Made by a program: the position numbers and the translations under genes. Positions 29,764 through 47,330 of a DNA stretch of 64,000 bases are shown here, one piece after another. How positions within the stretch are numbered: the first letter of the stretch is position 1; each line of letters begins with the position of its first letter. Origin of the DNA: the human T2T-CHM13v2.0 reference genome, Homo sapiens; NCBI RefSeq assembly GCF_009914755.1, contig NC_060928.1; one strand, given 5' to 3'. The notes beneath the pieces are model-generated. The model was not told the origin of the DNA, did not search any database, and worked only from the letters and a program-made list of their open reading frames with translations.

Positions 29764-30714
29764 CTGTTTTAATTATTTTATTTACAACATTTTTTGTTAT
29801 TGATCATGAGTAAATACAATTAGATATGAATTCTATATTTTTGAATAATAATTAAAACAATAAAATCAGGCAAATCAGCTGTTCCCTCTAACACCAAGCT
29901 CTGTTTTTATTAGGCATAACTTACAAAGTGTTTTGTTCCATCCTTTATAGTGTATGAAACTTTTACTAGATTTATAACAGCACAGATTGCAGTTTCTTGG
30001 TATATCTATTAATGTCATCTTCTTTTTCCTTTTAGAGGAAAAAAGAAGGAAAAAGAGAATATATGTATATATTTCACCAATATGATTATAGGAATCTTTA
30101 TAGTGTATATTGGCTCAAATAAGAAGCAGGCATTTTTATCGCTGTAGCATAGTTCATCTTATATTTTATCCTTAGAGATGCTGCAAAAAATTTCAAACGA
30201 TAGATTAACCACTGTTCTGATAAAATATGAAATTAAACAAGTTTATAAGCATTTTTCTACTTAGAAACTTCTATCAGTTTTAGAGATTTGGTTTAGCAGT
30301 TCCCAAAGTTCGGAATGCTTGAGTAAAACTTTCCTAAAAACAAAAGTACTGAACAAATGGGCTGAGAATCTCATGAGAAGAAACCTGTCAAGATTCTCAG
30401 TCCTTCCTACAGGGGCTCAGGGAGAAAATCCCAAAGGTAGGATTTTTATTGTTAAGGCATTGACACATTTTCTTCTTTTGAGAAACATATGAAAAATAAG
30501 AAGATATATAAAACATAATAAACTAAAGTAGGTCTATATTCAGTTAGAAAAAGAAAAAAATAGTGTCAAATGTTTAAGTTTCCATGTGACTGCCTTACAA
30601 CTGTGGTAGAAGCAATATGCTCCTTAAATAGTTTTTCTTTCTTTGATTTGAACTTGCTACTTTCTTACAGTTTCACACTTTTTTTTGTCAATGAGTACAT
30701 TCCTTATTGTTTTA

Positions 30715-31535
30715 CTTTATATTTTTATTTTGATGGAACAAAGTATGTGTATATATTTATGGGGTACATGAAATACTCGCTACAGGCATACAATGCATAA
30801 TAATGACATCATGGTAAATGAAGCATCCATCAGCTCAAGCATTTGTCATTTCTTTGTGTTACACACATTCCAGTTATACTCTTTTAGTTATTTTTAAATA
30901 TATAATAAATTATTGTTGACTGTAATCACTTTGCTGTGCTATCAAATGCTAGACCTTATCCATTCTATCTAACTATATTTTTGTGCCCATTAATCATCCC
31001 CAGTCACCCCACCCTTCACTACCCTTCCTAGCCCCTGGTAACCATCCTTCTACTCTCTATCCCCATGAGTTCAATGGTTTTAACTTTTAGCTCCCACAAA
31101 TGAATGAGAACATGTGAAGTTTGTCTTCCTATGCCTAGCTTATTTCACTTAACATAATGACCCTCTGATTCCATCCATGTTGTTGCAGATGACAGGTTTC
31201 ATTCTTTCTTATGACTGAATAGTATTCCATTGTGTGTAAGTACCACGTTTTTTTATCCATTCATCTGTTGATGGGCACTTAGGTCTCTTCCAAATCTTGG
31301 CTATTGTGAATAGCGCTGCAGTAAATACAGGAGGGCACATATCTCTTGATCTACTGATTTCCTTTCCTCTGAGTATGTACCTAGCACTGGGATTGCTGGA
31401 TCATATGGTAGTTCTATTTTTAGTTTTTTGAGGAACCTCCATACTATTCTCCATAGTAGCTCTACTAATTTACATTCCCACCAAGAGTGTACACAGATTC
31501 CCTTTTTTCCACATCCTGGCCAGCACTGCCTGTCT
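30715..31535 (-). mobile_element. L1MA-type 3' fragment
   Basis: L1 3'UTR and ORF2 end on minus ([33 protein letters not shown]). Confidence 0.88.
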
Positions 31536-32375
31536 TTCTTAAATTTTTTTTTTAAAGAAATATGAATCTTGATGTTAATGTATAAAGCCACATGACTAAT
31601 GATTACTGTTTCATTCAAGAAGAGGATAATTATGTGGTAATAATGATATAAACTGTAAATCCTTGCTAAAAAGATATGAATTAGTGAAAGCATGAAATAT
31701 AGAAAACGAATATTTAAGGAACTAGAACAAGGCTAATATAGTGTCACCTGGCAGAGATTTCTCTGTCTGTCTGTCTCTCTCTCGTCTTAATGCACAAATA
31801 ATTTGCTGCCAAAATTTGAACCCAAACAATAACAAACTCAGGTTATATTAGAAAATCAATACTTTAATTTTTAATACATGTTTAGTGATTAAAATATTTT
31901 ATTCTTTTAAAACAAAAACAGATAAGCATTAAAATTATACTCCTATTCACACCCTCTATGTGCTGAGCAAACCCCCTTGCTGGTACAAGTATATTCTTCA
32001 GAACAAACCTGTCCCAAATATCTCAAAGGACAAATTCATGGGATTCAGAGAAATGTACTTTCACAGGCAGCAAAAAAAATCCTTAAGATATCATACAGGC
32101 ATAGTTTGCACACTGAGAAACTTAGAGATGTATTCATAAATCTTACAGAAATTGAGGACTCAGAAAAAAGTCCATTAATAAAATTGAAACTCCCCGAAGA
32201 TTTAATATTGTGAAATACACAGTGAGCAGTTCCACAGCTAACTCTGATAACTGCTTTTATGTTTCTGTTCAGTTGAGGAAAAATCCTTTCAGGAGTTCCT
32301 ACCTAGTCACTTCACTTGAGGTCTTGGCTATCAAGGAAGAAAAACAATCTCTTCACCTTCATATAAATGTCTTCC

Positions 32376-32704
<329 letters not shown>

Positions 32705-33974
32705 TCATTGATTCAGAAGTAAGTGAGTTCAACAAAGGTCATAGGAGACAAACTTCCCATGAAAAGATGAGAGAACAAGTTATTAGACCACCATGGAAAT
32801 AAAATTAATTACTTCCTTTTGTTAAAGGTAGAATTATATGTTTTTAAATATAGATCATTATATAGAAGCCGTAGGAACTTAGAACTGGAGAGGGCTAACT
32901 TAGGAATGATTTAGGTTGAGATCTTCATTTTACAAAAGTGAAAATGTACTAAAGAAGGTACATCATGGGACTAAAGATCTAGTTGCAACAGAATTGAGAG
33001 ATTAGGTCAATAATTATGGAGATGCCAATATATTATTGTTAGGGTTTCTAAAGAAGTCTACATCAAGTTCTGTTTTTCAGTCATTTAAAATGCTATTATT
33101 TTTGCATCGAATGGAATTTTGTTGGCACTTTTTATTATAAAAGTAATTCATGCAAGTAATTTTTTTAGTGTTATAATGTAAGAACATATAAAACATAAAG
33201 TAAAATTCTTGACCGCTACCAGTCCCCCATTCATTCCCCTAATTCCACTCTCCACAGTCCATCAGGAGTTTAAGTTTTTTGTTATCCTTGTAGCTATTGA
33301 TATAATATTTCATTATATATTTGTTTTTCTTCTTAATTTAGGAAATTTAGAAGCTCTACATCTCCACTAAAAACTTTCAAGAATTTAGTTTATTAATTAC
33401 ACTTTCTGATGTATCAATTATTTTCTTGTTTTTTCTATTTATATTGTAGTTAATTATTCCATGGTATACCAATAGGTTGATCTAAAATGCAATAAACAGA
33501 TTTTACAATTCGATGGTAATGTCATTTTTTGGGTTCTAAAACTAAATAGAATTGGACCCATCAAAAAATAAAGTGTAATCCCAAGTCTTTCAAATGGTAC
33601 CACTGAAAAAAAGACATTAGCAAGCAACCCAGTAAACTATCTCTTCTATTATTTTCTTTCTAGCATCTTCTGGATCCTTCTCAACTATGCTTTTTCTTGC
33701 AAACCATATTGCCTCTTTTCTTGGAATTATGTATTATTTTAATTGGTGAATTTGAAGAGCAAATTTTTTTCATATAGGTTGAGTGGTATGGAAGCTTTCT
33801 GAATCAGTGCTCTTACACTTAATTTGATGGCTGAGCTATATACGACATTTGGGGTTCAACTCCTTTTTCTTTAGAATTTCAAAGTATGGCTTTGTTTCCT
33901 GACTTCCGCTGCTCCATTTCAGCAGCCTGCTGTCAGACTGCAGAGAGACTGATGATCTGCTTATCTTCTCCATG

Positions 33975-35466
<1,492 letters not shown>

Positions 35467-35479
35467 CCTCTCTGGATTT

Positions 35480-36010
35480 TTCTTAAGGATTTTCTCTTTG
35501 TCCTTGGAGTTCTGAAATTCCACTAAGAAGTCTAGGTTTGAGAATTTTTCATGCATTCTGATCAGAACCTTTCATGGATTCTGATCAGTTCTCTCACTGT
35601 AAATACTCAAAGGGGGCATTTCTGCTATTCCTTCTCTACATACTCTTTCCCAACATTATCTCTGCTCACTCCTCCTAGAACTCCTATGAGATAGACGTTG
35701 AACTTCTTGAAACTTGTCTCCATCCCTATACACTTTGCTCTAATATCCTATGCCACTCTGGGTTTTTTGCTGTATTGATGATACACTGACTGCCTCAACT
35801 TTTTCTTCAAGATGCCCAAGACTGTTTACATTTTATTACATGCTCTATCCATTTTGGTGGGGGTGAAGGATTGTGACCATATTTTTAATACATGAGAGTT
35901 CTTTCTTTCTACTCTGCTCTTTTTTTTAATACCAATGTGATCTAATTTTTGATATATGTAGTCTCCTCTGGAAACTGTTTAAGAATTCTAACTTTTTAAA
36001 ATTGTCTCTT
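35480..36010 (-). mobile_element. Old L1M fragment (probably continuous with ~33600-33900)
   Basis: ttctctttgtccttggagttctgaaattccac..ctcctagaactcctat. Confidence 0.45.
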
Positions 36011-36779
36011 TTGTCCCCAGAAATTTGTTTTTCTCTTTTTCTACCCTCCACCCTTTCAGTTTTCCTCCAGTCTGTCAATCCTTCAGTCCGTCCATCCTCC
36101 ATTGCTCTTTCATGTTGATGAGCAAGTCCTTTGGAGTTCTTCACAGCCCCCACGTCTACTTACCCCACAGGCCAGTGCACTAAACTGTGGCCAGGGACCC
36201 TCCAGCTCCCTGGAAGTGGCTGGATCAGGCCCATGAACCAGAGGTTTCTGTGCTGGGAAGGTGAGCAGGGAACAAGTGGAAGGGTCAAGGACTCCGTCAA
36301 TAGTTAAAGAAAGCCTTTCTCTGGGGATTGAGCTCTGTGGGGAAGATGTCTTTCCTTTTCTTTGTTTGTTTTCCCTCTTGGCCCAGTGTGGAAGTCCAGC
36401 TTTGTCTGGAGGTCTGCACTGCTTCTCCCTGGACTCCCAAGCCCTCTGATTAGGCCTCCTCGCCAAGCAGCCCTTTCTCCCTGCTCCCTGAGAGAAGAGT
36501 CTCTAGGCTTAACTGACAGCAAAAGAGGCAGCTTTCAGCCCTGGCAAGAGACGGAGGAATAGCGGCCAGGGTCTGGCTTCTCTGACGTGAGCCCATGGTT
36601 ATCCCGAAAGCTTCTGTCCACTGCCCGCTGCGGAGAGGCACTGCTCAGCAGCAGGGAAGGGCCAGAGGCTGCCAGTGCTGAGATCGGACTCTGCCACTGA
36701 CCAGGGATGTCACCTCCTGCAAGGTCCTCATCTCTCTGTACTTCAGACTTTGCCACTCTATAGTGCATAATCTCAGCAT

Positions 36780-37082
36780 CTCCATCAAAGGACTGCAGTG
36801 AGGAGAAGTTTCTTCTCAGGCCTCTTCCCTTGGCTGCAGATGGCCACCTCCCCTCTGCATCCTCCTGTGGTCATCTCTGCCTGTGAATGTCTGTGTCCTA
36901 ATCTCTTCTTCTTATAAGGACACCAGTTATGTTGGATTAACTCATTATGCCTCATTTTACCGTATTCACCTCTTCAAGGGCCCTATCTCCAAATACAGTC
37001 ACATTCCGAGGTACTAGGGGCTAGAATTTCAATACAAACATTTTTGGTAGGTGGGGAAGGGGGCACGATTCAGCCCCTCACA
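36780..37082 (-). mobile_element. MLT1 LTR, partial
   Basis: ctaatctcttcttcttataaggacaccagt..ccctatctccaaatacagtcacattc. Confidence 0.75.
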
Positions 37083-38045
37083 CATGCAAACCGCTGGAAA
37101 AGCCTCTGCACATAGCCAGCTTCCTGTCAGTGTGAGACAGCGCTCATGAGAAAAGCAGGCTCCCCTCTCCCATCCCTGCCTGGGCTTCCTGATCACAGGA
37201 TTTCTCTGTCCTTGGCTCCCTGCAGTCATTTGCTCCACATGGAAGTCTCAGGAAGAAGCGGACTCTGGCCAAGTCCAGGTCAGGCTCCTGCTCACCAGAG
37301 GCTGCAGGAGAGGAAAATAAGCATCAGTTGTGAGAAACTGAGCCCACCCCACTGTGACCGCCCACATCAGGGTGCCCTCACCCCTCACATGGAAACAGAC
37401 TCACATGAGAGACACCTCCTAACCACTCCCCCCACATCTACTCTGACTCGTTTGCAAACTGTTCTGTCCATTGCCACCAGAGCGATCTTTTAAAAATACC
37501 TAGCTCGAATTTTGTAATTTAAGAAATCCTAGGAAAAACATTCTACTTTTTCCCATAATATTCCTTGATACACTATCTCTTCTGAGAAAATTCTGGAAAG
37601 TGTATTCTTTATGGATTTAAGCAGGCAGGCAATAGGATGGGAAGGTTGATTGGATTCCATCTTAAGTTCTAAAGAAACTATGATGAGTTATGGGTTTCTT
37701 AGTGAATCTTTTATAACTATACCAAATTGGTCACTTTGAATTTTGAAATGTAAATTATCTCCAAATCGTCACAGTAACTTTCAACTCGGCATCTTTTTTC
37801 AGAAATGCACAGATGGCCAGAATAATGGTAGCCTTCAGATTTAAGAAGTGTTTGAGGCTGAGGGGAATTCCTAAGCCAGAATTTCTGAGTAGCTTTTTCC
37901 TATAGACCACCTCCAGGAAGAAGAGACTAGGTTCATCAAGAGTAGAAAAGTTTTCTTCCTTCATAGTAAACCTACCCACCTGGGCTAAGTTCAAGGTGCC
38001 CAGGACCATCCCCATGTTTGGGAGACTGCCACTATGGTTCTCTAG

Positions 38046-38419
<374 letters not shown>

Positions 38420-39278
38420 AGAAGTACCTACAAAATTAAAGGGAGCACACGGTGGTGGCTTCCCCCGACTGAGAGGCTCCTGGGCATATGCAGATCTTCT
38501 CCATCTGCCACCCCAACCCATTTGTGGAGCCCAGCAGCTCCTCTCCACATGAAACTGCAGGGAGAGAGTGGGGAGTCTCTGTGCAAAGTATTACTGTCTC
38601 GCAGATGATGGCTGTAAATAATAAGTGATGTTTTGAAAATAAGATAACCCCCATCAACAGCTCAGATAGCAGAAGTGGGGCCCCCAGCACCTGACTATGC
38701 TTAAGAAGATCACACTGCTTTTTTTCTAGGACGAAGGAGAAACGAGGGAGTCCCAGACCCCCCTGAGAGGAGAGATCGTACAGTAATGAGAGACAGAGAA
38801 AGAGAGAGAGAGGAGAGAGATGCTTCATGTTCATCACTTTGCCTAGGGTTAGCCCCATGGAGTATCAGCATAAATCTGGCTCAGAATTCATCCAGGCAGG
38901 AAATGACCCAGACTTGGTGGCCTGTCTTCATAAACTCTAGATTCCTACTGAAGTTGGTGGTGCCTGTAGGTTCAGAATTGCTCAGTCAAGAAATGAGGAG
39001 AGGAGGTTTTGCCAAGTAGGACATCAGGGGACAGAAAATGTATGTGTGGTTTGGTTGCACACAACACAGAAAACTATCCAAGGAGCCAAGTTGCCTTGTA
39101 TTTTTTCTGTTTTCCTTGAAAGCCCAGGGCATACAACCAGGGACAGATCATTTTTCCCCATGCTTCTCAGCTCAAGGCAAACAGCAAAAATGGCATACAT
39201 AGCAAAGAAAGGCAAGTGCAGCCCCAGGAAAATAACTGGAAAAACAAGGAGCTATCAGTGAGGGGAAAAAAAACAGTT

Positions 39279-39590
39279 CGAATGGGTGCAGTGAGTCACG
39301 CCTGTAATCCCAGCACTTTGGGAGGCCGAGGCTGGTGGATCGCTTGAGCTCAGGAGTTTGAGACCAGCCCGGCCAACATGGTGAAGCCCCATCTCTGTGA
39401 AAAATACAGAAATTACTCTGGTGTGGTGGTGCACGCCTGTAATCCCAGCTACTCGGGAGGCTGAGGCAGAAGAATCACTTGAACCTGGGAGGCGGAGCTT
39501 GCAGTGAGCCGAGATAGTGCCACTGCCCTCCAGCCTGGGCGACAGAGAGAGACTCCATCTCAAAAACAAAACAAAACAAAACAAAACAAA
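39279..39590 (+). mobile_element. AluS
   Basis: Full Alu with (CAAAA)n tail. Confidence 0.92.
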
Positions 39591-39849
39591 CACCCACAGT
39601 TTGTTCTTCAAATATCCCGGTTTTCCTACTATCTTGCATTTAGCAGTCTTTTGTAAGACATACCATAGAAGACCAAAGAAGACCAAACTTTTCCCCCTTT
39701 CAAACTCTCAAAATACCATTGCATTTATTAAAAATTTAACAAAACAATTCATTGGCTCCTCAGTAGAACCTGTGGAAAAATACTATACCTGTTATTCTGT
39801 GCGGTGAACTTCTTCCTCCAGGTTTCCCTCTTTCAAAGTTCCGCTTTAC

Positions 39850-40153
<304 letters not shown>

Positions 40154-40571
40154 CCGCCTTACATTTACTTCTGTCAAGCAGTTAATTCTCAATGAGCACA
40201 AGCTCATATTGTAAGCACATATGTTTGCTTTCGGGATAAAGTTGTTAATGCCTAAATGTATTCATTGTTCCTGGTTTCACCAGCTCATGATGGCAGGTAC
40301 TATAATGTTTTCCAAGTCCTGGTGACTGTTTTGCTTTGCATAGGGCACGGGCCTGTCTCTCACATTCACAGCTGTTGTGCATGCTTTGCATTGAGAAAAA
40401 GAAAAAGGAGCAGGGAGAGAAAAAAAAAATCATTTGTGATGGGTGTGTGAACAAGTGCTAGCTCATCCTCTCCCACTCTGTCTCTGGAATGAATCTGAAT
40501 TGCCTGATACTGATGTACCTTCCTAAAATGAACCAGAGGCCCAGGCAGGTGCAGTTGGGCTGAGTTAATCA

Positions 40572-40827
<256 letters not shown>

Positions 40828-40898
40828 ACTCCTTTGCGGTTAGTGAGAAAGAAACTGAGAATAGCAGCCCAGGGTCATGGAGCCGCCAGGCTGCACAA

Positions 40899-40918
40899 GG
40901 ACTGCCCCCTACTGGTAG
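40899..40918 (-). promoter_or_regulatory. Strong CTCF motif
   Basis: Minus strand CCAGTAGGGGGCAGT matches the core CCASYAGRKGGCRS exactly, in non-repeat sequence. Confidence 0.6.
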
Positions 40919-41524
40919 CCAAGGTGCTCCATCTGAAAAGGAAAGCGGCCATCTTGTTAGTGAGGTCATTGGATGTAAGGTAGGAAGGATGTTGTTCAGT
41001 CACCTTTGAAGAAATTTATGTGGTCTGAGCAAAAACTACTTATTCTAGACATGCTTATTTCTCAAGAGATATGAACTACATTATTATCCATGTAGCATTA
41101 CTGCATATATATAAATGGACCTACCCACACACATGTGCATGCACACACACACATCTTTGGGCAGATATTCAAGAAATAGTCCCTGGGCAGTGGGACTAGG
41201 GGAAGAGGTAGAAAATATTTATTTTTTGTTTTATACCCTTCTGTAGTATTTAATTTTTTTTTTTTTTTACTTTGGGCAGGTATCAACTTTGTAATTAATA
41301 AAAGGAAAGCAGTAATAGCCACGAGATTTCCCTTCTAATATCCATATACTTTAAAACGATCTGTGTGATCAGAGTGGTATAATATCAGAATATTCTAGGC
41401 AAAGTTCCACCAGGCCATATTACAAACCATGTTTTTGAGGGAGCTGGCTATGATTTGTGTGGGCAACATGGATGTTTTGCTAATTGCTTTTCCACATCAT
41501 CTCTGCTAGGCAGTAAAATATAGA

Positions 41525-41615
41525 TAGGGTGACCACACTTTCCATTTTATACCTCTCATCCGGATACTTTTCATGCTCAAAAATGTCCTGGACAATAAAT
41601 TGTATATCCACCCTA
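41525..41615. mobile_element. Small hAT-Blackjack MITE (MER81/MER94-like)
   Basis: Terminal inverted repeat tagggtg..cacccta. Confidence 0.45.
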
Positions 41616-44600
41616 ATTATAGGCAGCTATATGGATTGTTCATTTAAACCGCCCTTGAAAATAACACTTTAGGTTAAAAAACGTGGGGGCGTGCCACCTC
41701 CTAGTCACTGTGATAAGTACTTCATATAGATTATTTAACTTAATCTCATAATGGCTTTTTGAGGTTGGTGAAATTATACTAATAACAAATAAATTGAGAT
41801 TTGATAACTTGCCCATGATTTTGACTGTGTTACCTGCTGATTTCAGAAGTTTGGTCATACTATGTTATTAACTGTGTCTGTCCTTTCGAAACGTTCAGAC
41901 ACACACAAACTCCTAATGTCTATGTAATTCTAATAATATCCTCCTACCTCTAAGATAGACTTAATACAGATTTTAGAATCAAATTTTGTTCTTGTTTTCA
42001 ACTCAAAATCCATTTCCTCCAGGACACCTTCCTTGTCTTCTTAGCTAGATCAATTTCTCTTGTTACATACTCTCATAGCCCCTTTCAAAGCAGTTATCCA
42101 TGTATAAAGATTTAGTTGATTAAGATCTGTATTCCCAATCTTCTAAGCTTCTTGCAGGCAGTGAGCACTCCTGTTTGCCTTTCAATATTTCTCCAGCACC
42201 AAGCATATTACATGAGTAGCACTGACATATTCATAGTCACTCAATGAGTATTTGTTGGAAGAATTAAAAGCAATATCTTGCCTGAAAGCCAGAAGAGGGG
42301 TTCTAGTATCTCACATGTAAACCAAAGGATCCAGCTATAAAAGAGGTGGGGAAAGAAGAGAGTGGCCCTTCTTTCCCTCAGAGGCTCAAATTCTATGCTA
42401 ACAAACAGAATACCTCAGGTTTTCGGAAACGGGTATAAACTGCTGTGTATTGAGATCTAACTTCTGAGGAAGTCTCAGTGACCTAATTTCATTTAGTCCT
42501 CTTACCTAACTGTCCAGAGTGGCCTCCACCAAGCTTCTTCTGTATTCCTTAATCCTACTACCAACATTCCACCTTGATGGTAATGCTTCAGCTATATCAT
42601 AACTTTTTAATATTTTCCTAAGTGTGTGGTTTAGGAATGACATAAACTAAACACCTTCATTGGTTAGAATTTTCTTCTCCTTTAAAATATCCAACTAAAA
42701 TGTTTTAAGTTAATGCAGAAAACTTGACATTTCTTCTACGGTCCTACCCCTAAGTTAAAGAACTCTCAATAGGTGCTAGGCTACCCCAGGACTCAAACTT
42801 TCATCCAAATTTCTGTTCCTCTAACAATTTTCATCCTATAGGTTTTGAAATAAAAGTTTGCCGAAGTTCTTTTTAAAATTACAATTGCACCTCATTGTTT
42901 CATTAGTAACAATAGCAACATGCACGAACATGGGTGCCTAATGAACATTTTTCCTTTGGACACAGCTAGCTATATATTTAGCAGCAGAAAGCAAAGGCAT
43001 AAATAATAGGTCGCTTTTGGCACTGTTATTAGATTTGATTAATCTGTCGGGATGCGGTAAAGCTAAGGAGGATGAATGTCCATATAGTTGAATTGAGGAA
43101 GCGATGCAACATAAACGTATCCAGTGGCAAAAAAAAAAAAAAAAAATCCTCCTTTTTTCAATCATCCAATTACTTACCCAAACAAAGATTTCCTGTACAT
43201 ATGATGCGATCACTAACTGCCTTTGTGACTTTTCCTTGTAGGTAAGAAAAGTGCAGAACTTGGCAACTAAACATGCATATTTCAACTAAAAAAAAAATTA
43301 CTTTAGGAGCCATGGAGCACCTTGTACTTGATTCACAGATGGACCGATTTTTTAAAAATCATTATAATTTACAGTTCTCAACAATATGAGACCACATTAA
43401 GTATGCAGAGAAAACAAATGCAGCCTCTGAATTTAATCCTAGTCTGCGTTATCTCTTACGTGTTGTTCTTATTTGTATATCGCAGCCTGAAGCTTTTGAC
43501 ATTGTACATTCATCGGTCAGGAAAAATGTTTGGAGGAAAGGGATCAGAAAGACCAACAAGAAAATTCACTGAACTACTGAGACTTGTAGGTTGATTTAAG
43601 TAGTGAGAAAACTGTATTTTAAATGTGATGATATACTAAAAAATGAGACTATTTAGCATTGTACTTTCCCTCCGGCAAGGCAAAAGGGCACTTGGTCTCG
43701 TGTTTTCATTTCTTTTCTTTTTAAAATTATTATTTAAGCAGGACAAAAATAATGTAATGCAGAAAAAATGTCATTAACTCTAGAAAACTAAATAGCAAAT
43801 GAGGCCATTTCAATCACATGCCTAAGATTCTTTTAATCAAGCATTTGTTGTCAGCAGGACCATATATTTGGCCTCTATAATTGACTCTCAACCAAAAAGT
43901 GAAAGAAACCTTTATTTCACTTCTTTATATATTCTGCTTCCTCCATATACTTTTCTTCCTATTAATTTAAACAGGAGGGTCCCATAGCTTGGATTTCTTT
44001 CAGTGAGGTTTTCTATGTCCAGTTTTGTCACTGCTTTGGCTGAAATCCACAGAGGCTAGGGGACCTGCATCAGGTAGCCTAGAGCGTTGGAGGCTCAGTA
44101 ATAATTCTAATTCAAGAAAACCGTGGCTTCCAGCTTTTGCTTTAATCATTAGAATGTAGGGTTCAGAGGTAGAACTTACCAAAAAAACTTTAAAGTAATT
44201 ATTTCTTTGCATTTAACTAGGTGGGATGGAGGGAAGGGGAAGACTTGAACTCACTTCCTACCCCACTCTGGCCAAAGTTTCCATCTGATATCTCAGCCTT
44301 GAAGATGAATGGATGTTTGAAAGATTTCCCTGACAGGCAGATGTCTATGGTATGTGTCGGTTCTCACGCAGCTAATGATCACGAAATATAGTGGAACATC
44401 CTTAGCATTTGAAGGAACGTCTTCAGAGACCTGAGGAAATCCCCAGACCTGAATTCCACAGGTTCTGATCCTGGTAGCTTCCTTCTCTGTAAAATAGGAA
44501 TAATAAGAACACGTACTTCACATAACTGTTATGAGGACTCAACTAGACAATGAGTCCAAGGAAAGCAGAGGAGCTATGGGAAGAGACGACGACCAGGCAA

Positions 44601-44685
44601 TCTGCGAAAATGGGGGTCTCTCTAAAACTGTCTCCATTCAAATCCCAGTTCAAGTGGTGGAGTTCCCTTAAAAACAAAACCAAAG

Positions 44686-45015
<330 letters not shown>

Positions 45016-46555
45016 TCATTATTTTTTTCTTAAAAGAAATTTCTTAACAAAGAATATTATGTTAGGCTGTTATTGGTCAATAACACGTTAATCAGCTCAA
45101 CCCAAGTACACTTTTCTTTATTCTTCTTATCTGCACTCACTAAAATAAGTGAAAACTACCTTCTCCACCATTTCTACTGTATTTGGTCAGTCTTCCTCCT
45201 GTTTAACCAACAAACCATACTTTTTTACCTAATAAAATATGTCTAGGCCAATGTATTTAACATTAAATTCTCTTTTTATTTCTGAAGTCTTTCTATACTC
45301 CCGCACTCTCTCCTTATTCCTAGAGCTGAGGAAAAACAGACCCTTCCCAATTTAACAAATTCAGCCATCATTCATTCAGTGCCAGGCATGATGCTCAGGG
45401 CTGGGCACCTTTTAGCCATTGAATCAATCATCTCCCATTCACCTTGCCAAGGCCTCTGTCTTCATGGGCTCTGTACCTGCTGAAGCCACTCCTATCCTGG
45501 AAGAAGACCCGCACTATCCTCTCTTTCTCTTTGGTGCCAAGTCCAGAAAATGAAGCCTCCATTTGCCGTCTCTTATCTTTCATCAGTGAGTACAACTAAT
45601 ACTTCATAGCACTACCTTAGCGCCTGATATTTCAGCCTAAAACCCACGTATGATGTTGGTACAATCCCCGTTTTACAGATGAAGAAACCAGGGCAAAGAA
45701 GTTGAGTGATGTGGCCAAGCATGACCACCAGTAACGGAAGAAATAAGGATTCAGTGGGCCATTTGGGACCCCACTGTTAACCAGAAGCTCTACTGCCCTC
45801 AAATACTAAGTTGAATGTTGAGGATTTCTTCAATCTGGGCACCTCGCTTTGTTTCCACCTTGTTTCAATTACATCAGTAACTTCAACATAGCTTCCTAAT
45901 CTGAGAGTGAGGAGAGAGTGATCCTAAATAGCATTCATTCTTCTAACACCTACCTTCATCTTTGTTATATTATGAGTACTATTTGAACCCTTGCATTCTG
46001 GGGAAGTTGGAAGGACTCACTCTGGGACCTGCAGCCATGACTTTCAGTGACAGGGGTAAGGAGCAGTTCTTAGCCGTCCTGAGATGGAAAGAAGGGGTGG
46101 GGACGTTGATTGTGGGGGGCAGGAAAGCAAACTGCAGGGTGGAAGTGAGCCGCCATCTGCACCTGGTCACGGGAAAGCAGGGAGCATCCACTCAGGCAGG
46201 GGCATGCGCTTTTTAGAGGAGCATGCCAGACATGCCAAGTTGCCCAGTGGCCCACTCTTTTGAAGCCAGCAGGAACAGGGGAGCGGCCTCTGCTCGCAGT
46301 CCCGCAAGAATGCCCTGCGGTGTACTGTGAACAGAACACACCAGGAAGGCAATCCTTCTCCGCACATCAAACATCTGAAGTTCACATTCCCTAGGAAGGG
46401 ATACTCTTTAAGCTGTATTTCCTAACATTTAATTATCTCTGAATCCTTTTGAAAGGATTCGTTGACACCTAAAAGAACCTTGAGAATAAAAACTTACACT
46501 AGTCTTGGCTACTCAGGAGACATCTCTGGCTGGAGAAAAGATGACACCAGAGAGC

Positions 46556-46953
46556 AGGGGAAAAAAGTGAGCTTTGTTCAGAATATTGTCATTATCACCC
46601 CGAATCTAATGTCGAGGAAGGTGGTCAACCACTGTCATAGGGAAGGATAGAGATTCCAATTGGGATCTGTAGTACACGTAGTTCAGGAATGAAAGCCCTA
46701 GAGCCTTAACCAAAACTGTGACTATGAAGCTGCTTTGAGAAATAACTATGGGATATTAATAGCTAGATTTAACAGTTTGTTGAATTTTGTGTTGTAAATA
46801 GAGAAGAGAGGGAGTAAAAGAAACGTAGAAGAAAAAGTAGATCATGGAACTACAAATACAAGGAAACTGCATTCCTTCAGAAGCAAAATTAGCCTATTTT
46901 GATTAGTTTAATTTCCAAATGTCTGTAGGGTATTATTCAGTAGACCATATCCT
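46556..46953 (+). repeat. Inverted duplication, copy A (within a degenerate L2)
   Basis: About 90% identical by eye to the reverse complement of 56203-56594. Confidence 0.92.
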
Positions 46954-47129
46954 GTGGAAAGAATTATAGACTTATAAAGAGGGTGAGAGGTCAGGGATGG
47001 AGATGTCAACCCCATAGAGAGGATAATTGAATCATGTGTCTCATTGAAAAATTGTTTAGGTCTCCAGTTCTAGCGGCTATGAGAGTTAAAATTATCCTCC
47101 TTATTCCACTCAGTGTATTTCATTATTTA

Positions 47130-47330
47130 GACATCATATATTAGACATAAGGAAGAGCGCCTTGAGTGTAAGAGTGATTAAACACTGAAACAGACTCTAC
47201 CAAAGGAGCTTGTGAAATTACCGACTCTAGAACATTTTAAAAATAGAGGCAACCATCTGTCTTAAATGATTTTGGTGGTAATTTGTCTTGGAAAAGGAGA
47301 CTGGACAAAATAAATTTGATCAGGGAATTT
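47130..47330 (+). mobile_element. L3/CR1 3' fragment
   Basis: tagacataaggaag..gtgattaaacactgaaacagact..aaaatagaggcaaccatctgtc. Confidence 0.55.

Noticed and set aside
46200-46246. Cluster of CATG half-sites resembling a p53 response element
   Set aside because: Half-site spacing is non-canonical (9 bp periodicity)
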